Assembly: GCA_964016885.1 (NCBI GenBank)
Contig: OZ024764.1
Span: 18,042,001-18,106,000 of the forward strand
From: Eledone cirrhosa
Lineage: Eukaryota
Length of the DNA: 64,000 bases
Direction of reading: 5' to 3'
Part shown: in pieces, positions 1 through 13,519 of the stretch
Layout of the letters: each line of letters opens with the position of its first letter
How positions within the stretch are numbered: the first letter of the stretch is position 1
Position numbers and translations under genes: made by a program
The notes under the pieces: model-generated
What the model was told of the DNA's origin: nothing
Seen by the model: only the letters and a program-made list of their open reading frames with translations
The model's database searches: none

Positions 1-644
1 AGATATTTGGTCAACACTGATGGCCGTGCCATTTTTCCAATGACTCGATCATTTCTTTGGTTGTATGTCTGCTCAACTGAAAATCCCTTCATCTGACCAG
101 ACAATTTCCTCCACCATGCCACGTTTCATTTCTTTATGCAGATTCTTGCTTCTCTGTAGCATTTTTTGTTTTCTCTTTTCAGAAAGGGTTTATCTCTTTT
201 GAAGGGTGAAGGAAGACATTTCCAAGTCTCAGGGCTTACTTGGACCTCTTTTTCCATTTTTCTCATGGACCTTTTCAGATTTCTTTTTCCCCATTCTCAA
301 ACGGCTTTAATGAGATTAAGAGTCTATTTAGTTCATGATCTTCCACTTCTGGGTCCATCCATCAAATCTCTTTACATTTTAAAATGCTTCACAGCTTTCC
401 AAACGGTATTTTGAAATAAAAAGTAACTTTGCAATATCCGAAACTGACCTCCCTGTGTGATGAAGTTTGAGTATCCTTTCTCTATTGGATGACATTCAAA
501 TCCTTTAAGAAATTCAAACAAAGTTCAGTATGTTTACATAGACTAATGTTTTAACAGGAAAATAAAAGAAGATTAATGATACACTTACAACACTTTTAGA
601 AATCAAATTTCAAAACTTTGCTTCCGAACTTATGCCCCACCCTG
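1..644 (-). mobile_element. Tc1/mariner-superfamily DNA transposon remnant (left end and decayed transposase; probably DD37D/maT-like)
   Basis: The minus strand begins TA|CAGGGTGGGGCATAAGTT (TA at 645-646), a mariner/maT-type terminus. ATG at 495 gives MSSNRERILKLHHTGRSVSDIAKLL (HTH-like). Further on it reads ...KEMKRGMVEEIVWSDEGIF, the first catalytic Asp motif, with frameshifts and stops. The element runs off the window start. Confidence 0.8.
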
Positions 645-775
645 TATATGACCACCACAACACTATCACCTACACTACACCACTATATCCCACACTACAA
701 CACTATATAACCACTACCACCTACACTACAACACTATATAACCACTACCACCTACACTGCCTCTCTCTATTACAG

Positions 776-3622
776 GATCTAATGGACTATATTGATCAGA
801 ATCCAAAGATGTATCAATCGATTCTTCAAAATAAAAGAACACAAGAATATGAGAACTCATCTTATTTCTCCTTCGTGAAGGTAAATATACTCCGAGTATC
901 AATATGTGGTGATGTGTGTGGTGTGGCATGGTGGTGTGATGTGTGAGGTTGTGGTGTGTGTGGTGTGGCGTGGTGGTGTGATGTGTGAGGTTGTGGTGTG
1001 GTGTGATGTGTGAGGTTGTGGTGTGGTGGTGAGATGGTTTGTATTAGAATATTCTGTCCTTGTGTGTGGGATGGACTGGGTATATATATATATATATTGA
1101 GATGTAGCAACTCCAACCTAACACCAACCACATTTACAGTGTGGACTGGGAGCTTTTTACCATGTTACCTACGTGACTACATTAAAGCGTGGACTGTATT
1201 TTTTAAAATATATATATATGCATATGTGTGTGTGTGTGTGTATACATATGTGTGTGTGTATATATACATGTGTGTGTGTATATATATACACATATATGTG
1301 TGTGTGTATATACATATATATGTGTGTGTGTATATATACATATATGTGTGTGTGTGTGTATATACATATATATATATATATGTGTGTATGCGTGTTTGAA
1401 TATAATTTGTCCATCTCATGTCTTTCCTTCATCTGTTTACCTTGTTTTAACCTCCCACATTGTACAAAATTTTCTCTACCATCGGTATGTAGGTCTGACT
1501 GCAATGTCAGCATCTACCATCTCTTCTGTCACTGTCATAACCAACCTTCTATGTATGCCTGTGTCGTTAATAGGCCAAACTACTCTCCACCATCGGTATG
1601 TCGGACTTACTGCCCTGTCATGTCAGCCAACAAGAATGCAATCAAAAGATCAAAGAACTGAAAATGAATATGTCCCGAGCCTTTAACTATGCTCAAGGTA
1701 AGTCAACTGTGTCCATTTTGCCCCTTCTTAGTTTTCTATTTCTACCCCAGTTCACCTACAGACACAGTTAGGGCCCAGTCAACACAGAACCACCTGTTAC
1801 AGCGGGTTAACAGGGTCAACACTACCAACTTCACCTATATATATATATATATGTTGTAGCAGGTAAACTTAACAGGTAGGAAAAACTACGTATGCAATAG
1901 ATGTACAGGGAAATTTGACAGAAGTCGCAGTGATAGACACATTTTTCAAATGCAGGTGGGTTCTATAGAAGTGGTTGATAGCATCCGGTACCTAGGTAAT
2001 CAGATTAGCATGGGAAGGGGGTGTTCTGAGGCCATAGTTTCTAGAATAAGGACGGGTTGGAAGAAGTTCAGGGAGCTGCTTCCTCTGTTGACGAAGAAGG
2101 GTTTCTCACTGTGTCAGAAAGGTCAATTATATGATGCCTGTGTGAGATGCGTGATGCTGCATGGTAGTGAGACATGGGCAGCAACTGCAGAGGTAATGCG
2201 ACGACTGGAGAGAAATGAAGCAAGCATGCTCCGTTGGATGTGCAATGTCAATGTGCGTGAACGACCAAGCATAGACGACTTGAGAGAGAAACTGTGTTTA
2301 AGGAGAGAAGACTGAGATGGTATGGACATGTGATGTGCATGGAGGATGACCGCTGGGTAAAGAAGTGCCAAGAAATCCCACTAGAAGGAAGACCACGAAA
2401 ATCATGGGCAGGGGTGGTGAGAGCAGACCTCAGATCGCTGAAGCTCACGGAGTAGATGACGAAGGACCGTGACAAGTGGAGAGATGCTGTGCTGAATAGG
2501 ACCCGTCCCACCCTTGCAAACGGAGAAACGGACGTAAAATGATGATGATTATTATATATATATATATATTGTTATACTTTGGGAGGGTCAGGCTGCACCT
2601 GTTGGTTTCCACTTCAATCTATATAATACTAAAACTCTGTGATTTACAAAGTGGACTGGTTGCTTTTTATCATGTCACCAACACAACCATTTACAGGGTG
2701 GACTGAGTGCTTTATGTTGTGTCACCAAAACGACCTTATGTGTGTATCCATCTGTCTATTTATGTATCTCTATATATATATATATATAAAACAAAGAACA
2801 AAGTCTGGTAAGAAACCAGGTGGATCATAACACGCCAGAGTACTCAATACTTAGGGTAGTAGAGTGGGTAATAGGAAGCTTTATAAGCTGTTGAAACGGC
2901 CGGAGCTCAGCCATTGGGATCCTGACTCTTTTCCTTACTGGAATTCTATAAGAATCCAGCTTCTATGATTTTCGGCGAAAGCAGGGGAGTACGTGGCTCT
3001 GATGAACGCCAACCAGCGTGAAACAGACTGTCAGCTTCTCTCCCTTCTTTCGCTGAAAAGAAGTAAGTGACATAGTCACTACTTTAAAACTGAAAGCATA
3101 TGGTCTTCTAAATGTTTTTAATTAAACATACGGTATATTGCTAAATATAGTATACATACATTCATGTATACATCGCTATTTCAGAGCACCAATTATATAT
3201 ATATATATATATATATACATACTATTTTCGGGACAGTGTGAGATTTTCTTTAGAACTGCTGGACTAACAACCTAGCAGCTCCCTCAAGCACTGATGATGA
3301 TTATCGCTAAATATTGATGTTGATTTGGTTATCAATATTGATATTATTGGGCACCCACTGAAGAATTATAAGAGCCCACTTGTATAAGTATCTGTTGATC
3401 TTATACAAGCTTCTACATAATTTGGTATAATTTCACCCAACTTGTAGAAATCTTATAATGAAACGAGTCATCTGGGAAGTGATATATTTGAGATATCTCA
3501 TATGAAATGATACAGCCAATTTTCCACACAATACAATTAGTTAGCACCCCGAACATTTAACGTTTAATTAGGAATATACTCAGGTATTTCCTAATGTTTA
3601 TTGAGTGAGCTGGGATTTGGTG

Positions 3623-3680
<58 letters not shown>

Positions 3681-6600
3681 ATACTTTGGGAGGGTCATGT
3701 TGCCAGTAAGAAACACACGCATCAGTTGCTTTCACTTCAATTTATTATAATAAATTTAGGAATTTAGGAATTTATAAATTTCCGGTTGGTTGGTTGGTTC
3801 CACAACCAGATGGTTGTTTATATATTGTCAAAGTTCTCTCGTCACACATTCTGTGACCTCTTCAGTGACTGGGGATTCTTTTCTTTTGTTTTTTGTGCCT
3901 CTCCTTTGTTCTGTCCTACGCCATGATGGCGTAGGACAGAACAAAGGACGTAAAATGAAATGATGATGATATATGAGAGAGAGATACATTGATTATGTAT
4001 AATCCTGATTGCAGCGCCAAGGAGTTTTGGCTGATGTACTTTTGTTGTTGGTATTGATGTTGTTGTTGGTATTGATGTTGCTGTTGTTGCTATTCTACAG
4101 ATGCCAAAGGGAGACGATACTCCAAGCGACTAGCCTGTAAGAACCAGCTGTCAACAGGGGACAGCAACGAGGGGGAAGTGGGCAACGGCATGGCCCCTTC
4201 CCTCAAGAAAAAGCCTACAAACATTCCGCCACCACCTCCACTGCCGCCACCGCCACCACCACCTCCACTACCACCACCACAGTCTCTGTTAACTCCAAAA
4301 ACTCCATATAGGGCCACAGACCCCAAATCTGTTGCTGAGCCTAGTGATTGTAAAGGTGCTCAGTTGTCCTCCTCTCATTCATTATCGACCCCAGTGAATT
4401 ACCGTTGTGATATCCAGGTGAGTTTCTTTTCTCGTGACCCCTCCGCGCTTTTTTATTTGAAGTTGTAAAGTGGTAGTGCATACACCCAGTACACTCTGTA
4501 AAGTGGTAGTGTTGATGTCATGATATAATACACCCAGTACACTCTGTAAAGTGGTAGTGTTGGTGCCATGATAAAATACACCCAGTACACTCTGTAAAGT
4601 GGTAGTGTTGGTGCCATGATAAAATACACCCAGTACACTCTGTAAAGTGGTAGTGTTGATGTCATGATAGAATACACCCAGTACACTCTGTAAAGTGGTA
4701 GTGTTGGTGTCATGATAAAATACACCCAGTACACTCTGTAAAGTGGTAGTGTTGGTGCCATGATAAAATACACCCAGTACACTCTGTAAAGTGGTAGTGT
4801 TGGTGCCATGATAGACTACACCCAGTACACTCTGTAAAGTGGTAGTGTTGGTGTCATGATGAAATACACCCAGTACACTCTGTAAAGTGGTAGTACTGGT
4901 GTCATGATAGATTACACCCAGTACACTCTGTATAGTGGTAGTGTTGATGTCATGATAGATTACACCCAGTACACTCTGTAAAGTGGTAGTGTTGGTGTTA
5001 TGATAAAATACACCCAGTACACTCTGTAAAGTGGTAGTACTGGTGTCATGATAGATTACACCCAGTACACTCTGTAAAGTGGTAGTGTTGGTGTCATGAT
5101 ATAATACACCCAGTACACTCTGTAAAGTGGTAGTACTGGTGTCATGATAGATTACACCCAGTACACTCTGTATAGTGGTAGTGTTGATGTCATGATAGAA
5201 TACACCCAGTGCACTCTGTAAAGTGGTAGTGTTGGTGCCATGATAAAATACACCCAGTACACTCTGTAAAGTGGTAGTGTTGGTGCCATGATAAAATACA
5301 CCCAGTACACTCTGTAAAGTGGTAGTGTTGGTGCCATGATAAAATACACCCAGTACACTCTGTAAAGTGGTAGTGTTGGTGTCATGATATAATACACCCA
5401 GTACACTCTGTAAAGTGGTAGTGTTGGTGTCATGATATAATACACCCAGTACACTCTGTAAAGCGGTAGTGTTGGTGTCATGATAGACTACACCCAGTAC
5501 ACTCTGTAAAGTGGTAGTGTTGGTGTCATGATATAATACACCCAGTACACTCTGTAAAGCGGTAGTGTTGGTGTCATGATAGACTACACCCAGTACACTC
5601 TGTAAAGTGGTAGTGTTGGTGTCATGATAGACTACACCCAGTACACTCTGTAAAGTGGTAGTGTTGGTGTCATGATAGACTACACCCAGTACACTCTGTA
5701 AAGTGGTAGTACTGGTGACATGATATACACCCAGTACACTCTGTAAAGTGGTAGTGCTGGGGCCCCACAAGTTGTCACCTGTCACTCACATGTTGTCAGT
5801 CAACCACATGTCTTCAGTCACCTGTATGTCATCTGTCGCCTGTCACTGTTGCATGTTTCAATTCTCTCCCTCCCACATGTTGTCACCTGTCACCCACATG
5901 TCTGTCTGACACTGCTACATGTTTCAATCCTCTGCCCTCCACAGCTAAACCATCCTACCAGTGTTGATGTCGCCGTTGCTAAATCCAAGTTGACCATTAT
6001 TTTGTAGGTTTACACTTTCTTTCATGTTTCTTTTACTTGCTAAAATACTTGATGGTGATGATGATATTATTGTTGTCACAGACCATATATATATATACAC
6101 ACAGACACACATATATATATAGAGTGCTCAACTGGCATACCGCCTATGGACGCATCCAAGCAACATTACTACAAATATATATATATATGTAAAAGTTCTA
6201 TTTAAATTGTTGGGATACAACAAGCAAATATTTTTATAACTGATATAAAGCACTCAACAAATATTTGCAGTAAAAATACGATATATTAACAAATGGAAAC
6301 TATATTTATAAAACCATATTTATTTCATTATACATATTTCAAGGGCACCAAGTTAAGGGTATGTCAATATTTATTTATAAAACTGATCTATATTATATTT
6401 TATCTGATGAAAGCACACCATAATTTAACTTGGTGTCCTTGAAATATGTATAATGAAATAAATATGGTTTTATAAATATAGTTTCCATTTGTTAATATCG
6501 TATATATATATATATATCATCATCATCATCATCATCATCCTTGCCGTTTGCCAAGTCCTGGATTTCAATACCAGAATTTCTGGAGATGACATCTGGGTAG

Positions 6601-7162
6601 GAGAGCTTGCGCCCCCTGTTGTTAGTGACTGCTTGTAGTTTCCAAAGCACTAATGGGGACACAGCCTCGGAGTTGACACGATGGCAATGACCAGCAAATC
6701 TTACTCTCCTCTTATGTACGACGACAGATATGCGTGGGAGGCCGGCATATATCTCTCTCAAAGGCAGATGTCGCCAGCTTATGTTCTGAATACAACGATG
6801 ATGATGATGATGATGATGAATGAAAAGAATTGGTACAGATACGGAAAAATATTCTACCCAGTCTTCTAATTAAGTTTTCAGTGAAATAATTTGAGGTTTA
6901 ATTTAATGTTTCTAGAAATAAACAAAGGAACCCGTTCGTGAGTGTTGCTGATGAAATTATGACCAGACGGCCCCTCGACAGTTTAAAGTCTACTAATTTA
7001 CCAAAGTAAGTAGATGGTTGGTCTTTTTTTTTCTACTTGTACTCTCTCTCTCTCAACGAAGGACCAACGTCCGATATGTTGAACTTCTTTTCTCTCTTTT
7101 ATCCCAAGTGTGAACCTAATAACACTAATTGTTTTAGTTTCTCCATGTTTGTCATTGTTTAT

Positions 7163-7213
<51 letters not shown>

Positions 7214-7945
7214 CACATATATATATATCATCATCATCTTCCACGCTACCATGGGTTAGATGGGTCCCATTTAGAGGCAAGTTGTGTCGGGTGACCATGT
7301 CTTGCTCAAATAGAGGGTGTTTCTGGCTGGTTTTCTATGGCTGGATACCCTAACCAATGCTATATATATATGATATATAATGCATGAATATTTACACACA
7401 CACACACAATATTATTAAGGCTAAATAGTGAGTCTTATTACTCTGTAGTACTCGAAAATGATGGACGGGAGTGGTGAGAGCTGACCTCACTGAAGCTCAC
7501 AGGAGATAATGAAGGACAGTGATGAATGGAGAGATGCTGTGACGAATAGGACCCGTCCCACCCTTGCAAGCTGGGAAAAGCGGACGTAAAATGACGATGA
7601 TGGTGATGATGAGACGTGAAATAAAGTGTTTTGCTCAAAACACACATCCCTGTTTCCCTGTCTGAGAATCGAGCCCACGACCTTACGATTGTGGGTCCAG
7701 CACCCTAACCTCTTAGCCCTCTAAGCCATCACATCATTTCTATGTGATAATTTCATAACTTTCTTGTTCTCTGTTTGTATAGATCACCTGGAGGGACCCC
7801 TCTCAAATCAAGGACCAAGACGGAATCGAGTGATCCCATAGTGCAGGCCTTCAGCAAAGCTTTAGACGCAAAGTTCCAAAACATTAGAAGTCCGAGTGCT
7901 TGCTCCGAACCGATGGACAACTTGGAAGATGAAGACATATTTTAA
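776..7945 (+). CDS. PRR11: Proline-rich protein 11-like gene, 3' part; exons 776-880, 1574-1697, 4101-4417, 5945-6003, 7783-7945 (stop TAA 7943-7945); 5' exons lie upstream of the window
   Basis: Five AG/GT-bounded exons join in phase (0,1,0,2) into one open frame: DLMDYIDQNPK...AKLLSTIGMSDLLPCH...[25 protein letters not shown]...LNHPTSVDVAVAKSKLTIIL-SPGGTPLKSRTK...FSKALDAKFQNIRSPS...DEDIF*. A poly-Pro tract plus a C-terminal SPGGTP and ALxxKF match recalled PRR11 motifs; the orthology is inferred. Confidence 0.7.
1860..2550 (+). mobile_element. RTE-clade LINE, 5'-truncated older copy
   Basis: Encodes EVVDSIRYLG...RIRTGWKKFRELLPLLT...LHGSETW...MLRWMC with frameshifts; ends in GGACGTAAAATGATGATG like the copies at 10.6 kb and 42 kb. 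Confidence 0.9.
2995..3036 (+). ncRNA. Minimal type-I hammerhead ribozyme motif (GUC cleavage triplet)
   Basis: GGCT-CTGATGA-ACGC(CAACCA)GCGT-GAAA-CAG(A)CTG-TC^-AGCT: intact core, 4-bp stem II, near-palindromic stem III, short stem I. Confidence 0.75.
3675..3975 (-). mobile_element. Penelope-like non-autonomous element fragment (family with terminal TTATACTTTGGGAGGGTCATG)
   Basis: The same family occurs at about 2570, 9317-9522 (opposite orientation), 10085, 23315 and 28405, always next to (TA)n. The minus strand carries a degenerate hammerhead, GTCA-CTGAAGA-GGTCAC..GTGAC-GAGA-GAAC-TT-TGAC. Confidence 0.55.
4460..5760. repeat. 45-bp minisatellite, about 29 copies, in an intron of the PRR11-like gene
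   Basis: Unit TACACCCAGTACACTCTGTAAAGTGGTAGTGTTGGTGTCATGATA(N) repeated head to tail; gives the 15-aa periodic ORF on the minus strand. Confidence 0.95.
6190..6500. mobile_element. Fold-back hammerhead-bearing element, family H1 copy 1
   Basis: Inverted arms (about 6280-6355 vs 6425-6500), flanked by (TA)n; homologous to 14790-14980, 20600-21045 and 28440-28832. Confidence 0.8.
6394..6460 (+). ncRNA. Minimal hammerhead ribozyme motif (family H1)
   Basis: TATTTTAT-CTGATGA-AAGCACACCA(TAATTTAACT)TGGTGTCCTT-GAAA-TATGTA-TA^-ATGAAATA; stems I and II pair. Confidence 0.8.
6520..6790 (-). mobile_element. RTE-type LINE 3' fragment (different family from the 10.6/41 kb copies)
   Basis: Minus strand reads IYAGLPRISVVVHKRRVRFAGHCHR...LVLWK...RGRKLSYPD followed by a (GAT)n tail, typical of the RTE C-terminus. 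Confidence 0.7.
7445..7720. mobile_element. RTE LINE 3' end (+) abutting an inverted tRNA-SINE 5' fragment (-)
   Basis: 7445-7610 matches the RTE 3' terminus (GACCCGTCCCACCCTTGCAAG...GGACGTAAAATG); 7615-7720 is the reverse complement of a SINE head like 15425-15540. Confidence 0.7.
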
Positions 7946-9682
7946 AACCCATTTTTTTCTGACCCACTAATCAGCTCAGTCCCTATCTTCGAGTTTTTAA
8001 ACCCCTCTCTGCCCTTCACACGCCTACACATCCAGTAAATACCCCCTTTTTTATGTTTTATTGATTTATCATCTCCAAATATAATTGTTGTTCTGTGATC
8101 AAAATACATTCCAACAATGACCATCTCATCCCAACAGGGTGTGTGTATATATATATATATATGTGTGTGATTTAGCTGCTATTACTAGCTGATCTGGCGG
8201 GAGGCAGAGGACATGTTTATACCAGCACATACGACAGATTGGTAATAAAAACACATCCAAAATACAGATCTGTATGAGCAAGACGTGGTCTCTGGACCTC
8301 ACTTGTTTTATAAGATGACCCATCTAACCCATGCAAGTGCGGAAAATGGACGTTAAATGATGATGATGATGACAAAGCGTTTAACAATTATAACTCCATT
8401 AAAAAATATATAATTACAGAAATTACTTCCTCTGTATAAGAAATCCACCCTTCTTATTACGTTCCTTGTATTCGACGACGTCCAAAGATGTGAGTTCATG
8501 TCCCACGTACGTCAATACTCATCCTTTTTTCCATTCAGAGGGTTTTTTTTTAAATCCCAACTAACTAACTGACTAATTCTATTTAGTCAAATATGGCGTA
8601 AGCACATGTTACTACCTAATTTTAAATATATATATATATTAAAAAAAAAAAAACCTACTCACAGTCCACACTGTAATGTGGCCATGTAGGTAACACGGTA
8701 AAAAGTTCCCAGTTCCACACTGTAAATGTGGTTGGTGTTAGGAAGGGTATCCAGCCTTAGAAATCCTGCCAGATTGTCCTATACGAGCGAGACACGGTCA
8801 CCCGACGATGATGATGATATATATATATATATCGTCCAAACCCATGCTAGCGTGGAAGATAGACATTAAACGATAATGCTGATGATGATGATATATATAT
8901 ATATCAATATATATGTATATATATAAAACATTTAATCACTTAAGAATGTTTTAAACACTATCTGATTGTTATAAGCGCCCCATGCTATCTGCCCACAACA
9001 AAAATCTCACTCGCATCTCATAACAACAATATGGCACAATCATTTCACCTCAATTAGCCCTGTTCTCTTTAACATTACACCAAAACACATTAAAATAGAG
9101 GCAGACCCCAACAATTTCAAGAAATCCAGGATAAGCCTCCTACACTCGGATATGTCTCTGTAAACAATAACTCTCTACTTGAGTGGGCCATGGTGTCCAA
9201 AGCCTGATTTGAAAGACTTCACCAGGTGGTGCTATTAAGTCAGACATGGCCTGGACCACTACTGGCCTAAACCTATCAAAGTTAATTATATATATTTGTG
9301 TATATATATATATATACTTGTTTGGTGTAGGACAGAACAAAGGAGAGAGACAAAATAAAAACCTAGTCACTGAGGAGGTGACAGATGTGTGACAAAAGAG
9401 ATTTGGCAATATATAAACATCCAATTATTGAACCAACCAACCGGAAATTTATAATAAATTGGAGTGAATACCAACAGGTGCATGTGTTTTTATTGGCAGC
9501 ATGACCCTCCAAAAGTATAACTATATATATATATATGTATATACAGATAAATCTACCACTCAATGGTAGGGTCTAAACCGTATAAAGAACTCAATGTAAT
9601 CCGTATGTAGATGTGAAGCAAAGTTTAAAATACAAAAATGTTTATCAACGATATAATTCAATTGGATACAGAGTCAAAATAG

Positions 9683-9976
9683 AAATATTAAAACAATGGA
9701 ATAAATACACAAAACTGTTAATTCATAGTAAAACACATTATTTTACAATCGTTTCTGGGGCGTAGTTCTCTGTATGTCCATTCAATTATTGATCTATGTA
9801 AAACATATTACAAAATATCATAGTAAGATATTTACTATGATATTTTGTAATATATTTTACATAGATCAATAATTGAATGGACATACAGAGAACTACGCCC
9901 CAGAAACGATCGTAAAATAATGTGTTTTACTATGATTTAACAGTTTTGTGTTTAATTCCATTGTTTTAATATTTCA
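9683..9976. repeat. Long near-perfect palindrome (about 140-bp arms, centre near 9828)
   Basis: AATATTAAAACAATGG...TATCATAGTAA / TTACTATGATA...CCATTGTTTTAATATT; the arms contain GAAACGATCGTA. Confidence 0.9.
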
Positions 9977-10101
9977 TTGAGGACCGAATAAATTAAATTA
10001 ACCGATATAAAAGACACAGAAGCGAAAACCAACCAAACAGTGAGTGTGTTCTGTTATTAATTCTGGCAATATTATTACACAAATATGACCCTCCCCAAGT
10101 A

Positions 10102-10162
<61 letters not shown>

Positions 10163-10329
10163 ATAGATATTATTTAATTCATATCTAATATCAGACTCTG
10201 TATCTAAGGAATTAACTCAGCGGAACACGGAACCTTCCTATGGATTTCACTGGATTACTCGCTATCAGATTACACTGAGTTCTATAAGGACCCTACCAGG
10301 AAGGGTTGACCACATTGAAAATAAATATA

Positions 10330-10595
10330 TATGTGTTGTTTCCTTGAGCAAGACACTTTATTTCACATTGCTCCAGTTTACTCAGCTGTAGAAATGAGAT
10401 GATAGGGACTGGGGTCCCTATCATTCCACTGCAAAGTGGTCGTGGAGGTGCCACGGCAAAAAAGCACACAGCACTCACTGTAAATGAGGTTGGTGTTAGG
10501 AAGGGCATCCAGCTATAGAAATCAAGCCAGAATCAGTTCCTGTCCCACCCTTGCAAGCAGGGAAAAGTGAATGTAAATGGAAATGAAATGAAAAT
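10330..10595 (+). mobile_element. tRNA-derived SINE, 5'-truncated, with RTE-derived 3' end
   Basis: Near-identical to 15500-15785; ends TCCCACCCTTGCAAGCAGGGAAAAG...AAATGAAATG. Confidence 0.85.
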
Positions 10596-10609
10596 GTATA
10601 TAAGTGTAT

Positions 10610-13243
10610 CATCATCATCATCATCATCATCATCATTTTACGTCCGCTTTTCCCTGCTTGCAAGGGTGGGACGGGTCTTATTCAGCACAGCATCTCTCCA
10701 CTCGTCACGGTCCCTCGTCATCTCCACCGTGAGCTTCAATGATCTGAGGTCTGTTCTCACCACCTCCGCCCATGTTTTTCGTGGTCTACCTCTACCACGT
10801 CTTCCTTCAACTGGCACTTCTTCACCCATCGGTCATCCTCCATACGCATCACATGTCCATACCACCTCAGTCTCCTCTCCCGTACACTACATTCTATCCC
10901 TCTCAGACACAGTTTCTCTCTCAACACATTTATGCTGGGTCGTTCACGCACATTTACACTGCATATCCTCTGCGGTTGCTGCCCATGTCTCACTACCATG
11001 CAGCATCGCGCTCCTAACACAGGCATCATACAACTGGCCTTTCGTACGCAGGGAGAAACCCTTCTTCGTCAACAGAGGAAGCAGCTCCCTAAACTTCTTC
11101 CAACCCGTCCTTATTCTAGATACTATGGCCTCGGAACACCCTCCTCCCATGCTAATCTGATCTCCTAGGTACAGGAAGCTATCCACCACTTCTATAGCGC
11201 CCTCTCGCATTTGAAAAATGTGTCTATCAGTGCGACTTCTACTGTCTAATTTCCCTGTACATCTACTGCATACATATTTCTCCCTACCTGTTAGTTTGCC
11301 TGCTATCCCACTACATCTCTTGTGTACCCAGGACCTGCATTGTGTGCATTTTATAGAATTTATGCCAGTTCCTTTTCTGCATATCGAACATGGCCATTTC
11401 CCTGACGGAATCAGGGTTTTGTCCTCTTTTCTACTCATCAACACTTTTGTCTTAGCTAGATTTACTCTCAGTCCTCTTGCTTCCAACTGCTGTTTCCATA
11501 GCCGGAATTTATTCTCTAGCTCCTCTACTGATTCTGCTATAAGAGCCAGATCGTCAGCATAGAGAAGTTCCCATGGTCTTAAACTCCTCTGTTATGGCTT
11601 GGAGGACTATAAAATGAACAAGAGTGGGCTGAGGACCGAACCCTGATGTACTCCTACTTGTATCTGGAATTCCTCACTAAACTCCATTCCTACCCTGACT
11701 TTACTGAGAGTACCTCTGTACAAAGTTTGCACTGTCTTCACAAGCCATTCCTCAACACCTAGCTTCCTTAGGGACCACCAGATGACAGATCGGGGTACCC
11801 TATCAAAGGCCTTCTCTAGGTCAACAAAGGCTAAGTATAGTGGCTTATTCTTCTCTAAGAACCTCTCTTGCATTTGTCTCACCAAGAAGAGGGCATCTGT
11901 TGTACTCTTCCCAGGCACAAAACCAAACTGCATCTCATCTAGTTTGACCCTTTCTCTAATTAGTTGTGCTAAAATCCTTTCTGCCACTTTCATAACCTGA
12001 TCTATCAGTTTTATATCCCTATAATTGCTCCTCTCCAAAGCATCCCCTTTACCTTTGTAGCAATTTATGAGAATACTGCTGCACCAGTCTTTGGGTATGA
12101 CACCACCATATATAGCCTGATTGATGATGCGTGCAACCAGTTTAGTGCCTACGTCCCCTGATGCCTTCAGCATCTCAGCAACTATTCCCGATGGTCCGGC
12201 CGCCTTACCATTTTTCATTTCCCTAATCGCCTCTTGGACCCTATATTCGTCAATCTCAATAGCTGGTCCCTCTGTCGGATCTACCAAGGGTAATTTCTCT
12301 CTCTCCCATTCGTTCTCCACATTCATCAGTCTCTCATAATGACATTTCCAGGCCTCCTTTTTCTGGTCAGTCGTGACACTAAGTACACCGGCATCATCCC
12401 GGACACATTTATCTCCAACAACATCCTGATTTGCATTGACACACTGCCTTGCAATGTGGAACACCGCACGCCTCTGATCTTCCCGTCGCAGAACATTGGC
12501 AAACATCCTACTCTCTGCCTCCCTGCGTGCTAAGTACACCTGACGTCTAGCTTCTCTCTTAGTGGCTGTATATTCTTCCCTACTCCCACCCTTTTTCCAA
12601 GCCTTCCATGCTAGTCTTTTGTCTCTAATAGCCTTATCTACTGTGCTGTTCCACCACCAAGTCACTCTCTGTCTGGTTGGAGCTCTGCTCCAGCCACAGG
12701 TTTCATCAGTAGCCTGCAGCAAGTTGTCACGTAAGAACTTCCAGTTATTATCTATGTCATACGTCTCTAAATCGTCTTCTTTTTCATCATATACATCTTG
12801 AAGGGCTTTCCTAAATTTGTATTTTAGTGAAAGGTCTTTTAACTTCCAGACCTTTCTTCTCCACACCTTCCTATATGTCTCATTCCATCTCTTGCTTACT
12901 GAGATATCACTAACAACTAACCTATGCTGTGGGGTACATTCTTCCCCAGGGTATGCCTTGGTATTAGACACTATCTGCCTGTCCCGCTGCCTAACTAGCA
13001 GGAAGTCAATCTGGCTTATGTGCTCACCAGATTTGTAAGTTATTAGGTGATTGGCAGGTTTCTGGAAGTTTGTGTTGCAAATAGTCAATGTACTCGCATC
13101 ACAAAATTTAAGAAGTCTCACTCCTTCTTCATTTCTTGAACCGTAACCGTGCCCACCATGTACCCCAGTGTAACCATCCTGGAGCTGTCCAACATGACCA
13201 TTGAAGTCTCCTGCTAGCATAATGATGTCTCCGTCCTCTGTCA
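10610..13243 (-). mobile_element. RTE-clade LINE, 5'-truncated (partial AP endonuclease, RT, PHD-like finger, C-terminus), with small deletions and frameshifts
   Basis: Motifs GDFNGHVG, SQIDF (APE), QFGF, FVDLEKAFDRV, QGSVLSPLLF, YADD, CxxC..CxxC..HxxC..CxxC; (ATG)n 3' tail at 10610-10635. Confidence 0.95.
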
Positions 13244-13519
13244 TATATATATGTGTGTGTGTGTGTGTGTGTTTGTAGATATATATGTAGATATATGTAA
13301 ATCTATGTACATGTATGTAGATATATATATATATGTAGCTATATATATGTACATATATATGTGTGTATATATACACAAACATATATATCTACACCCTCAC
13401 ATCCCATATCAACCACTATACCACCCCTTCACCCCATCACTTCCCACTACTCACTCCCTATTCTTTTTCCAATCTTAAAATATGACCTTTGCTTGACATC
13501 ATTTTGGTTTTTATCTATG

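Noticed and set aside
4382-5785. 467-aa repetitive ORF on the minus strand
   Set aside because: Product of a 45-bp (multiple of 3) minisatellite inside an intron; no splice or compositional support for coding.
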